Assembly (NCBI GenBank): GCA_964247055.1
Contig: OZ176056.1
Location: 930,001-994,000, forward strand
Reading direction: 5' to 3'
From: Paragordius varius
Taxonomy: Eukaryota; Animalia; Nematomorpha
DNA: 64,000 nt
Positions 22,592-37,500 of this stretch are shown here, piece by piece. The notes under the pieces were generated by a model. It saw only the letters and a list, made by a program, of their open reading frames with translations, had not been told where the DNA came from and searched no databases. The position numbers and the translations under genes were made by a program. Position 1 is the stretch's first letter; each line of letters starts with the position of its first letter.

Positions 22592-25500
22592 TCAAAAAAA
22601 ATTAATACTATAATATTTTGTAAAAATTGTTGAATAACTTGAGATGGAATTAGTAAAAAATCCTTCTCTTTCCAAATACCGAAGTATGCATTGATAAATG
22701 AAAGCGTATTGTTGTTCATTTTGAACCATACCATATCGGAAAAGGCGCATTTCTTTCACTGTACCTAAAAATTAACGTGAAAAAATGCTTTAATAATAAA
22801 TTAGTTTATAATGTAATACAATGCCTATAAGGAATTGCACAAATTAAAAAGTATTTTGATGGCTAACAATTTAAAAGTTATATCCTGGAAATTTTTTAAA
22901 ATAAAATATATTAAAACTAAAAATTTTTCTGTCCCATAATAAATATGGTTAATATGAGGTTGATTGATGGTCGAAATAACATAATTCAATCAATCAAATC
23001 AATTGAGAAAAAATGGCATTTTTATTGCTTTTTAACAAATATAAAATATTTAAAATAAAAAAACACATTAAAAACGTATATTGTTTCAATTAAAACGTAT
23101 AAAAACATTTCGCTAATAATAAAAATTATAATTTATATAAAATAATATCAACTAAAATCGACGGATATTATCAAACAGTTTCAAAAAAAACGAAAATATT
23201 CTACAATCTTACATAACTTACCAAATATATCAATGGATATTTTAGAAAGATAATCCACCGATAGCCCATTTATCAAAGTAAAACTTTGTTGAGTGTTTGA
23301 AAGTAACATATTTTCACTTGAACGATATTGTAAAATAGAGTTTTGACTATTCTTTTTTCCATACAACAAAGTATTACTTGTTAGATTTTGAGAATTATTA
23401 CAATAATTATGATTATTAAAATTTGGTTTTTCAACAAGCAAATCATCCACACTACTGACCCGTATTAAACTGGATGATGATTTTACTGTGTTGTCTAAAA
23501 GGCTAAGTTTGACATTTTGTAATTGTTGCATTATGCGATCAATACATATGAAAGCACCAGTTCGACCTATAAAAAAAGTAATAGATGAAAACGTATATAA
23601 AATATGGAAATATAAAAATATAAATACATTAAAATTCACAAAAGTAATATGACTTTTAATTGCAAAGGTAGGAGCTAATAATAATAATTTCCATATATAA
23701 ATAGATTTATTTTCACTCCAAAGATTGTTGTCTTGATGAGAAAAGGATTTGATTAATATTTCATATAATTAACCATATTTTATAATATCTTAACTAATAG
23801 ATAAAGGATTTTTGTTTAAGTTAATATTTCAAAACTATTTATCAATAAACTTTATTCGAATAGGCTATAAAGAAAAAACATAATAATTTAAAAATTATTT
23901 GACCATGTAGAATTTTTTTCGAAAACGAAATTCCTTAAATAAATAATACTTTGAATGTGCCCTGATTTAAAATTTTAAAGTTCATTACAAAAATAAACGA
24001 CCTTTATTGTTCCATAAGGAAGTTTAGTATATGCCAGATAATAATACCCATAAATTAAAGTATGTTAAGAAATAGAGTAAGTAAAAGACACAATAAGATA
24101 TTAAAACAATTTTTTTTACTCATAACCTTTTTTCTAAATAAACTATAAAAATATACGTATTTTATATACAAATAAGTGTATGTATTACCAAATTAACCCA
24201 AAACAATAATGAGTTATATTTATAAAATTATTAAAGCACATGGTTGCATTATCAAAAAGAATGGTCTTAAAGTTTGTACGACTGCATATTTTACATTTTA
24301 AAGTTTTTACAACTAGATTATAAAACAAAAATATAAATAGGAAATCATTACAAATTTTTTTTTTGCAAAAAAATTAACTCTTTTCAAATTTTTCTAAAAT
24401 AAAATATCTAACTGACCTACACCCGCGGAACAATGTATGACTAAAGGACGCCTCCCGTAAGGCACAATACTGCGGAAATGAACCAAAAAATCCAAAATAG
24501 AATTGGGGTCTGTGGGAACCCCAAAATCTGGCCAAGCCCGGTAATGAAAATGCTTGATTTGTCGCGATTGTGTTCCCTTAATAATCAATTATACATAATA
24601 TATGTGTGTAAAATATAAATATAACATTAAGACCTGAAATCACCATATATTTTGAGTTATATATAATCATAAAAAAGAGCACTTTATTTTACAAGTGATA
24701 TTCAAATATTAATTTCATTTAACAATACAACATTATATGGACAATGTTTAGAGATAAGAATCAGTTTTTCTGGCAACGATAGAATTCGGCATTTTAAAGA
24801 TTGGTAATATTTAACAAAAATAACCAAAATGTTAATTATTTATCCGATAATTTTTAATTATCATATGCCACAAATTAATAAATACATGACTTTTATTGAG
24901 TTTATGTATGACATGTTAGATATATAAATTAATTTTTTGTGATTCTTCGAAATAGATGTGTGACCATAAAAAATAAAAATAAAACAAACCGCAAATTTAG
25001 ATTTATAAATATAAAAATTAATTACCAAAACAAGTTTTAGATCAGTTTGATACCAATCTTCGAAAGATTTTTCCTCTAAAACATTGACTGTAATATCTCC
25101 ATATTGTGTTGAACAATTGTTTCCATTCAACAAATTATTTTGGCAAATTGATTTGTTAACATTTTGATAGGAATCCGGCCAGTATTTTATACATTTATCC
25201 TATATATTTTTTTTAATTAACAGAACTGAAAAAATTGTAAAAATAGGGGTAACTTATAATAATAGACAGTTTTTACTTAAATCATGATTTAAACCTTAAT
25301 TTAGGATATATATACGGAATTGTAAAAGATACCTCATATTTAAAATAAAAGCTTAATAAGCAATTGTATTCAATTTGAATTTTTCTAAAGTAAATTCCAA
25401 GAAAATTATAGTTCAAAAATAGTTAACTCTACTTTTTAAATATTTTATACCAGATTATTACTTTTGAAATCCTCCCCCAAAAAATTAATTTTTTTAAAAA

Positions 25501-28500
25501 AAAATTAAGAAAAAAAAGTAACTTTTCCAAGTTCATTGAAACGTGTCAACATGACAATAACTCGACAGTTCTGTTCCCAGATCATTCGCCAAAAATCACA
25601 AACTGTTTTTTGCAGAGGGCCCTGGGTAGCGATATACTCTTGTTTCGATTTTAAACCCTAAATTTTTTTTAAATTTAAAAATATTTATAAATTTATGGAT
25701 TTTTTCATAATTTTGAAAAAAAAGTAAATTAAACCTAATTTATATTTAAATATTCATAGAGTCTTAAAAGTTACATCATAGTTTTCAAGTTAATAATAAT
25801 ATGTGAATCATTTAAAAAGAATCCCCGTATTTTATTAAATAATTGGTTTAAATTGTTCATTTTTCTTTATAAAAAAAAATTTCTTTCCAAAAATAAACCT
25901 TCGGGCTAGCATAAACTTAAACATCTATCTATCTATCTAAAAAATACATTTAACAAACAAATTCAACAATTACAATATATACACTATACCGGTATATAAT
26001 TTGCATTTATATAATCGGATATTTGACCAATTTCATTCCCATTATTATTGTTGTTGAATTTAACATTTGCGGAAATAATATTTTCAAATCCATTTTGAAT
26101 TAAAGGGAGTAATTTAACCCTGGAATGATCGTATGGTAGGATATTGGTAAAACGATTTTTACACAAATTAATGCTTAAGTTTGCAGCATTGTATGTTTGA
26201 CCTTTACCCACGTTTTTAAGTTCCTAAATATAAAAATCATGAAAATTCGCTCGTTACAAAGGACAATAAAAAAAGTGTTTTATATTAAAAGGGATTATGG
26301 GATTAAATCTATGGTTTTCGTCATAAAAAGATTATACCATTTACAATACAAATTCACCCTTAAACAATACAAAGTCACCCTGTTGAACAATTCAAATTCA
26401 ACACACTCAAATAAATTATATGTCATTTTAAGATTAAAAATTACCTATATGTATAGATAGATTTATTGAAAAAATAAAATTGTGTTTTTTAAATTAAAAA
26501 TACTGAAAAAAATAAACTATGCCATAAAGATGTATTTTATATTAATAATAAGTTAGTTATATTAGTTCAAAAATACATATATTTTTAGGGTTAAGGGTGA
26601 ATTTGAATTAGTCAAGGGTGAATTTGAACTGTAAATGGTATAATTTAATTTTTAAGTTTTTTTAGCATAATATATTAGTTTAGTCGAAAGATAGACTTAT
26701 ATAAATATTAATAATTATTTGTTTTCATTGCACCTATATAAATTTACCGTTAATTGATATATTTCATATAAATCTCTATATAATAAAATATATATTTTAA
26801 GTCATGTCAATTAATAACCCCTTAAAATTCATTATTTAAAAACAAAAACCATGTGAGATTTAAAATCTTTTTATTTAAAATTTAAAATCTTTTTATAAAA
26901 AATATGTGTAAATAGTTTTAAAAAACTTACATCAAACTCTTCACTATATCCAATTTCGCCATCCGCGGATAAAGCTTTACAAACAGCTGGGAATGTTATC
27001 AGGGGTATGGCGCTTTTTTCATCTATCATTCTTGGTCTTTATGCATATAAAAACATATTAATTACTTTTTTAAAAAAAAGTAAATAGATAAAAAATGTCA
27101 TTCAAAAAATAAATACTTTTTGAAAGCATACATTCAAGACCTTTATATAATAAGAATTATTTTAATTTTTAAAATAAGAAAGAGTTTGATAATATATATA
27201 CCTAATTTCCTTATATCAAAAATAAAATTATATAGTTATATTAGGGAGATTAGGTTATAATAGGTATGGTTGCCTTTATAATAATGTCTGTTATTATATC
27301 TTGAAACTTTTCAAAAGAGAAAAAAAATAATTTGAAATCATATAAATATTTTCATAAAAAAAGTTTTGTTAGTAAAAAAAAGATAAATTACGAAATAGGC
27401 GCGACTAAACATATTGGTTTCTTTCCAATGATACTATTTTGACATTTCATATTATTCAAATTACTACTGCATAAAGTGTTATTTGAATTTTCATTTGCAG
27501 TCTTATAAAACGGATTTTGATAAAGCGAATTATTATTGGCTAAAAAATGCGGGGGTCCATTTAAAGATTGTTGGGAAATAAAATTTTGAGGATTAATTGT
27601 TGAGTTGACATACGCCGTTTTTATAACAGATAATCTAAAAGGATATAACATTATTTCTTCATTTACAGTTCAAATCACCCTTGAACAATTCAAATTCACT
27701 CTTGTACAATTCAAATTGACCCTAAACATAAATTATGTGTTTTCAAACTAATATAACTCACTCATTATTAATATGAAATGAAATATATCTTTATGGCGCA
27801 TAGTTTATTATTTTTTCAGTATTATTTTTTAATTTAAATCAAAATTTTTACCTTTTAAAAATTTATAAAAATATAGGTAATTTTTAATTTTAAAAAGCAT
27901 ATTTTATTTGTGGGTAAATTTGAATGGTTCAAGGGTGAATTTGAATTGTAAATGGTATATAATAGATATGAACTTTGCTAATACTTTATTAAACTCAAAA
28001 TATTTTAGGTTTCAAACATCTATCATAAATTATAATAGCTTTTCTATTCTAATATGTATATATGTTGCATAATTATGGTTAAAATTTTAATTTTTAGCAT
28101 CCAGTAGATTTTTTGGGTAATATGGTATTATTTGCATGTTTTATTAGCAATTTTAGGGAAAATATATTGGAGTTATAAAATTTAGTTATATTTTTTCGCA
28201 TTCTGAAACCAAATATTTTTTTGAAATATATTAAAAAAGGTGTGAAATCAAATAATTCTTCATTTATGAAATAATATAATAGATTGTTTTCAAGATGTTT
28301 AAATTCGACCAAACTAATTCAAAAAAAAGTTATCCTATAATGGAATATTTACTCATTTAGAGATTCTGAGTTTCGAACACCTGAATTATTGGTATTGTTG
28401 CAAGATATACGTTTTGTATTGCTTTTATTGCCAACTTTAGTTAGTTTAAATAGGCGTGAAAGGGAAGTTTTAGGATTATATCGCTCTATAAAACAAATTA

Positions 28501-31500
28501 ATCAAAAATCGATAAAATACAGTAAAAACTGAACTTATACTACGGACAAAACGTAGAAATATAAAGACAAATATTTTTTCTAAAAGCGAACGCATTACTT
28601 TTTTTTCAAATCTTGATTATTTGAATATAACTCATTGTTTTAAATGGCAAAGGGTGAAATAGAGATATATATTACTAAAACAATCAATTCTATCGTAAAA
28701 TTGTAACTAAGTAGCTTATATGGGAAACATTAAGGTTTTAAAAAGTATGGGGTTGTCTTTTAGAAAAAAATATTTGTCTTTATATTTTTACGTTTTGTCT
28801 ATATAATTTCAATTTGTACTGTAATTATATAACATCTTAATAATTAAGTTGGAAACATGTTTAATACTGGTTCTGATGGATTTATTTTTTAATTATAAAA
28901 AATTTGAAAGTTTTCATGATTTTTTTTTCAAAACTTTGTAATTATCTCTTGGAATTTAGAAATAGTTAACTTATTTTAAAATAATTTGAGATAAATTCCT
29001 AAAAAATTTAAAATCATATAACACAAAAATACTATTATTAGACCAGGTGGTGATTATAACCTTCTCATTACTAATGAAGTAAAAAATATTTTTTAAACGA
29101 TTTTAAAACCGTGGCTACCAGTTTTAGCAGTGCAGGAGTTACTTTTAATATCCGTTATTAAATTTAACAAAAAAACCCTTGTTTAAATATTCTTTTAAAA
29201 AATGTAAAATTACTTTTATTTTTAGTATCCAACACTTGAAGACTTCTAGAAACCTGTCCAAAAGTATTCGGATGATCGTTTTTATCTGAATCAAATTGAA
29301 TGGGTTCAATTTTATTCGTAACGTTGTTTGAGGTGACATTTTTTTTAACATTCATAGTGTTGAATGTTAAAAGACCTTTTATAGTATTCCCACCTAAAAT
29401 ATTTGTAGTTTTATCGATATTATCCAAATTCGAAAAGCTTTGCATTCGATTTAAGTTACTACTGTTGAGATGCGGTGCATTTTGCGATTCTGATTGTAAA
29501 AATATGTAGGAAAATTATAAGAAAAGAAAATCTATACCTAATTTAAAAGATGGAATATTTCTTTAAAAGACAACCATTTGTTTTATAAATATCTTGATTT
29601 TTCTAAATAAACACTTTTTACTTTTCAAAAATATATAATGGGTATTTATTATGAATTAGAATCTCTAAACCGCGTTTGGCAATTCAAAATGCTTAGGTAC
29701 ATTTAAAAATAAATAAGTTTTAAAATTGTCTTTTATCAAAAATATTGTTTTATTGTTTTGTCCCTATAAGATCAATTTTTACTGTAAGTCTTAAAACAAA
29801 AAATGAATTTAACTGCATAATTTTTTTCAAAAAAGTTATCAAATAAAGTAAACTTACCTTTATTAATTTTATCAGCATTATTCATGTAATTTCCATGGGT
29901 TGATCGTCGTTTTTCAAATCCTGTCGTAAACTTTTGTATGAAATCAGAACTTTTGAGGCCCAAAATGCTGGTTGGATTAAATTTTAAGGTGACAAATAAT
30001 TTGTGATTATTTGTAGTAAAATTATTACCAAGTGAATTTTCTGTGCCAACTACATTATTCTTATATAGAAAGAAAACTATGCCTACAATGGTAATGATTG
30101 AACATATTAAAAGTCCTAAAAGTACATTAAAAAGCTGAGTTTTTTGACTTCCATATTCTTGAGTAGTAGAATAGTCTTTAAGATTGAAAGATTTGAAATT
30201 TTGATGTTCTGATAAAGTCATATTATTCAACAAACTATTTTCAGAAATATTTATCTTATTTGGAATTTGATCACCCGAGTAATTTGACCTTAAAAAGGGG
30301 TCAATCAACCAATTTTTTTGGAATAATAAACTATCAGTTTTCTCGATAGGTAATTTTAAGCGAGAAGAATTTAACGATGCATAGGAATTCAAGTGTCGAA
30401 ATAAGGTTAAAAGGGTTTTAGGGGACAATTTCAAGGTATTATTTGATTTATCCAGAGTAGACCAAATATCCAAGTAATCTATATAATTATTGTTTAAAAA
30501 TTAGAAAAATTTCGTATTTAAAAAATTAAATCATTAAAATTCATTACCCTTGAACAATTCAAATTCAGCCTAAAATATAAGTTTTTAAAGAATAAAAATT
30601 ACCTTTTTTTTATATTTTTAGAAAATGAAATTTCGTTTGAAATTAGTATAATACTGAAACAATAATAAAATATGCCATAAGAACATATTTCTTATAAATA
30701 GTAAATTATATTAGCCCGAAAACACATAATTTATTTTTAGGGTGAATTTGAATTGTAAATGGTATATTACAAAAATTTATTCTCAAATATAAAACCTTGC
30801 AGACTTATTCTAGGTCCAGTGCTTGATAAATTTGTTAGAGGAGTTTCCGTATAATTTTTTTCAACGTTAAAACTATCACTAATGAAACTGTTTAAATTTT
30901 TGGCGGTTAAATTATTATAAAATTTAAATTTTGATTTGCTTTGTAAACGGACAGGATAAGCTCTAAGCTTGACCGAATATGAAATTTTAAAACTTTTAAA
31001 CAAAGTTTTTATGAATTGCGGCGTTTCGTTATGATCTCGATCTGATGGAAATTTAATGATTTCCATAAAAGCCAACCAAAATAAGGGTAAATGCAAGAGG
31101 GGACCATTGTAAAAATTATGAGTATCCCCTTGAAAAGAAGAACCATTTATTGATGAATTAAGAAATAAGAGGGATAATATTTGATTGTCATTTCCACCTA
31201 AGGATAAATGATAAGTTTAATAAATTTAATAAGAAATTAAAATATATTTGTTATAAAAAATGGTACACACAAGTTATATCCATATTTTGTAAAATGTGAT
31301 CTCTTTTAATCAATAAGAGTAAAATAATTATCTTTTAACACAATATTTAATTTAAATTTTGAAAAAAAAATAATTTTTTAATATTAATAAAACTTTACCT
31401 ATATAATCTATTTTCCATTTCGAAATATCGGTGGAATCGTTTAAGTCTGATGGTGATCTTTTAATTTTTCGTAACGATGAGTTAATATCATCCTTATTAT

Positions 31501-34500
31501 TCATGGGTGAATTTATATTATCAATCTTAAAAACGTAAGATGTTTCAAAAATTGGATAAATATGGTTTATTAAAGTATCAGAAGAATTAAAATTTAGGTT
31601 AAAATTTTTCACAAATTTTATCGCCAATTTGCGACCAAATTTCATGATTTCTATCAAAGAATCCATCCAAGATTTAAGATTATCAGTCTTTTCATAGTTG
31701 GTTTTGTAAAAAGTTTTATTATTCCCACTTTTATTTATAAAATTTTTATCAAAAAGGGCGAAATTATTCGTGTATAAAGTTAAAGTAGCTATATATTGTA
31801 CAGTGTTTATAGGACCATAGATTGTTGAAAAAATGTTGGGTACAACTTTGTTTAAATGCACATATGGAATACTTAGGGGTGAAATATTACTATTGTTAAA
31901 AAGCAAAAATTTTTGATAATAACCACAAAATTTATCAATCATTTCATTTGTAGTATCGCGGTTAAAATTTGTTGTTATACGGAGATTTTCAGAAATTTTC
32001 ATATCAACTGAATTTCGTAAATTTTTAATATTTATGGAAGTATTTTTGACAGAATTGCCATCAGAATATGAAAACGTGGCATTTTGTGGAAAAAACAATG
32101 AAGGACAATTTGATAAAATTATTGGAGATTTCGAGTCTAATGGTTTTGGGGGAGCTAAGTACAAACAAATAAAATAAAAAGTGTAGAAATATATAATTAT
32201 AATATTATAATATAACCTTTAAAATTAAAAATATACGGAGTTAAAAATTCAAAATCCACCAAGTTTAATATAAAACTATTACCCAGATTAAATTACCATT
32301 TGAGATAATATTTTCAATCTAATTTATGTAAAAAACCCTCTATAGTACGGTTAAGAAATAAAGTACATCTGTTTTATATATTAGACAACCTTATTTTTAT
32401 ATTTTACATATATTAATACGGTTTTTTTTTATTTTGAGTTACTTTCGATTTATTTTAATACAATCCGTATGAATTCTAATGAAAATACTCAACTTAGTAT
32501 AAACCTTCAAGTTTTCAAAAATTAGTAAAACAAAACATAAAATAATAAATTGTACCCCAGATAGGCGGTTGAATATACAGATCGCTAGGTAAAGTAGGTC
32601 CTAAGCCACGCCTAGTTTGTGCTTGAATATTGAATCCATACAATATTCCAGGTTTTAGATTGTCATCACTTATGCTTATATAAGGCTGATGTGGACCCAC
32701 AAAACGATATTCAATACTATTTGTCTTAATTATAAATAAAGGAAAATTACATTAAAAAAATGTAAAAAATAAAAAGACCAATATTTTCACCTTATATAAT
32801 CATCATATATTCAATAATTTTCATTCATTTTTTGAAATTATATTAAAAAAAACTTAAAAATCAAAAGACCAATATTTTTTCCTTAAAATGGACAACCATA
32901 TATGTTCAACATTTCTTGACTAAGCCAAATTTAAATTATGAAAAAAAAACTTCGTTAAAAATCTAACGAATATTTAAGTTAAAATAACGATAGTTTTTTG
33001 AACCTTAATTTTTTTAATCTAACTTATTGTTTTGGGTTGAGTCATAGTTTATATCAAAAATTAAGGATAACTGTCATTACATAAAAATTTTTTGTCTTTC
33101 AGTTGACAAAACATAGGTATTTTATTATTAACAAGCAAAAAACACTAGTATTCGATTGAAATTAGTATATGATAATTTTATAACATGGATTATTCCACTG
33201 CAAAAAAGCATTCGTAAGTTTTATATTATATTTTTAGTTAATTCCAATGTTAAAAGTTCGTTATCAAAATTATTTAACAATAATTAAATATTAAACTTAC
33301 TTGTAAGTTGATACATTGAATTTTGTAACCAACTAAGAGACCGCCTATGGGGTCTGGCGGTTCCCAACCCAAAGAAACAAAATTCGGTCTTATATTTATT
33401 GCATGGAAATTTCTAACATACCCAGGGGCTAAAATGTTATCATAGATATAAAATATTTTTTTTGGAAATTTCAAAGGCTTCGAATAAAATTATTAATCTA
33501 AAAAATATTGTTACACATTTTACAACGGACTTATTGTTTCAGAGAAATATTTAGTAAAAATTTTATCAAAATAAATTATTTGCAGAATTACAAATACAAG
33601 ATTATAGTGATTTTATATTAGGAACTAAAACATTGATAAAATGTTTATAGTATGTATAAATGTGTTGAATAAAAAACGGTTGAAAACTAAAATGTCTTAG
33701 GTTCAAGAAAAAAATGGGTTCTAATTTAAAATTAATTCACAAGAACAACAAAACTTAACTGTTCTCTAAAAGAATCTAAATAAAATATAAAGCATTAAAC
33801 AATGTTAACATTATAATAAAACTAAAAAAAGAAGCAAATAAATTAATATCCCATTTTTAAAACGATAAAAACCGGATAAATTAAAACAAGAAGACATCAT
33901 AATCGTTATAAAATAAATTTTTCCAAAAATTGAAAAATTGGAATCAAAAAAAATTCAAACATTTTCACTATAACCATTAAAAATCACAAAAAAAAGATTT
34001 TAAACTTATAGATTATTAAATTCATTATTTGCATTTTAAAAAACGATTTTAAACTATAAAATCAAGTTTTCATGATGCTGTAAAAATTTAAAAAACGCAG
34101 GAAATCTAGTTTTTAAAACTTTCAAAACAAAATTATACTTGTATCAAGCGTTTTAGCCTTCAAATAAAGTGATTTACTCATCGCACCATTCCTGCTAACG
34201 GTAATAATTTCCAATCCATAAAATGTAAAAGCATTCAAATTTTTCATTCGAATTTCTAACGTTTCACGAGGCAGACTGGTAAACTTATTGTATGTCAATT
34301 TTTTTCTGTTGTAAAAAAAATAAAGTAATAATTAACCGGTTTTAAAAAACTAAGAATTAATAATAAAAATTAATTTATAAGTTTTATAAATTTTAAAATT
34401 TTTACGTAATTTGATAATCCTTGGTAGAATATACGGTATACATTGAGGTTTTTGTCATTTTTGGATCGTTTGTAGAATTGTCAACAATCTAGAAAAAATA

Positions 34501-37500
34501 TAATAAAATTACAGTAAAAATTCACCCTTGAACAATTCAGATTTACCCTCTTCAAATTTACCCTAAAATAAATTAAGTTTTTCAAGATTAAAAATTGCCT
34601 ATATTTTTTTATATTTTTAAAAATAATTTTTGTTTTAAATTATAATAATACTGAAAAAATAATAAACTATGACAATAAGATATATTTTATATTAATGATG
34701 AGTTATATTAGCCCGAAAACACATATTATTTTTAGGGTAAATTTGAATTGTAAATGGAATATATAAACATTAGAAAAAAATTAAAATTATACGGTGAAAA
34801 GGTAAAAAATTAATAGTAATATGTTATTTATAAAAGACAACCATACTTTTTAAATCTCAAATTTTCCCATATAAACCAATTAATTACAATTTTAAATTAT
34901 ATAAATGTATAATATATATATATATATATATATATTCCTTATTTTAAAACGCAAAATAATGAATTATAATTAATAAAATCAAGATTTTAAAAACCGAATC
35001 GTTGTTTATAAATATATTGCCTTTTAGTTTATTGTTTCTTCTATATAATTCCAATTTATATTATATATATATATATATATATGTATATATAAATTCTTTT
35101 TATACAAATTTCTGGAGAATAAAAAAATATTTAATTACTGGTGTCAAATACAGGGTAAAATATTCAAAAAATCCGACATCAGGTGTTTTCCATCGCACAA
35201 TGAATGCTGTTTCAAATGGTGTTATAGAAACCTCATTAGCGTTAACTGACATTGGTTCTATGAATATATATATATATATATATAAAATTTACAAATTAAG
35301 TCAATTAATTGAAAAAATTTAGGTTTTACAGTAAAAATTTGATAAAAATTAAGCTATATTGTGGAAATCAGCAGTTTTTTATAAAAGCAACTTGTAAAAC
35401 ATGTAAATATTATGAAATTAATTATATTTTAAAAAATTATTATAAAGTCGATATATGAAATCGTAAAGTATGATAAAAGTCACATTACCCCATATTTAAA
35501 CCAGGGACATATAGATTAAAATCATAAAAAATGATTAACTTTAAAAATTATTTTTATAAGAAAAAAACTTAAAAATTATACATTATCATAAAATTTAAAC
35601 AACTTTAAAAGTAAATATTCTAAAACACTTGAACAAAAATTAAAAATTAAACATACTCATAGGTATATTGTCAAGTGATGTACATATTTCTTCACTAATT
35701 TTTCCATTTGATTCTAACATAGCTTTTACATTATAAATATTTCCTGGTTCTAGGAAATGGTCATCTCCCCCGATCAGCTTATCTGTTAAAGAAAAAGTCC
35801 AATTTTTATTCTCAACAGTTTTTTCAATTGAAAATTTTAGTCGTATTGTAGACGAAATATTTTTACCATTATAGGATATACCATGGTAATTAATATCAGA
35901 ATAGACCATGGGTATAATATGAGGTGTAATTTCAAGTCTAAAAAAACAAAATAAGATCAAATAAAGCAAAAAATTAAAAGATCGCTATAACTTTTTATGA
36001 TTTTTTTTAAATAGATATAACTAATTCATTGTTTAAAAAAAAGAAAAATGGTAAACACAATAGATTATACATATTACAATTGTAATTTAAATAATTTTAT
36101 AAAGGATAAAAATACGATTTAAAAAAGTATGATAAATGTCTTTTGTTGGTTATATATTTTATTACCTTTTATCAGTATATTATATTACCTTATATTACCT
36201 TATAAACTGATTATTTTTTAAATAACATAAAACAAATTTTTTTGATATTAATTACATCTTATTAAATAGAACACAAATTAAATATTAATTTTTAAAAAAA
36301 AATTAATTTAAAATATTAAAATTAATTTGACTTACACAATGTTCTGGAACCATCCAAGAATGGCAATAGAAACATTTAAGCGAAAATTGTCAGTTTTCAC
36401 GTTAAAAACATTCATTGTCGATCTACTGGAACTGCATTTCGGTTCTAAAATTAATTAAATTTAAATATTTTTTTACAAAAATCAAACTTTAAAAAAATAT
36501 TTTTTCTAAAATTTAAAAAAAAAATTTTGAAGAAAATTACCCAAAGATATATAGATTGATGGTGTTTCACTTAAGGCATTAGAGTGTCCACTGGTAAAGG
36601 CATAAACGGATGCTCTAAAAATAAAATTTAAAAATAATAAAAATTTAATCATTTTTTTAATTTTTATAAATATATATATTTTTATTTGTTAGAAAGAAAA
36701 ATTAACATACTTATATTTCATTCCATAGATAAGATTGGGTATTTCCAATTTAATAGGATTCGTTTTATTATCTGAAGTAGAAACCATATAAATTCGATTA
36801 TTTAGCACATTTAATAAGTTGGTTAAAAAACTCGAATTGTCATAAAAATTGGACAAGACAGGACTTAACGTTATTACAAATGTTTCAATATAATTCTCAT
36901 AAATACGAAAGGAATAAGATGGGTGTCGGTAATTTTCTTTGAAATTAGTAGTAACTAAAAGATGATTTGATGATAAATTAGTATTCTCCGAATTTGTAAA
37001 ATTAGTTTTTATGTCATTGTGCCATGTTAAAAATCCTACTGTTGTAATAGTTTCATAATTTGGGTTTTTAGTATATTTTTCTGATATATTATGGAATAAA
37101 CAATGTTTCACACTGTTTATGAAATCAAAATTATTTGCAATAGTAAAATTACTATTATCATTTGTGGGACAAATTGATAAAATTTGTCCCACAAATAAAC
37201 CATTAACATTGTTCGAATCGTATAGGTTATGCCCTCTGATGATTGATTTTGTGGGGAAAATACTGATTGAATTTTTATATAAATTTTCAAAATTTTGGTG
37301 AAATATTTCGTTTAGGGTATTGAAACATTCATAACCATTAATTTTGTCCTTACTAACGTTTGAAATATTTAGTGGACATAAAGTAATGGCATAATAGTAA
37401 TTTTCATTTTTATTATTGGAATCGATTAATACAGGTGAATTAGATTGATTTTCAATCTCTAAAGGGTTCAAAATATTTGCTTCCTTGATTGTTTGAAATG

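Noticed and set aside
28094-28312. 72-aa minus-strand ORF as an extra PTP exon through a 40-nt intron
   Set aside because: Exons 28485-28353 and 27634-27392 already join in phase 2. The ORF is AT-biased (F/I/K/N) with no convincing in-phase donor.
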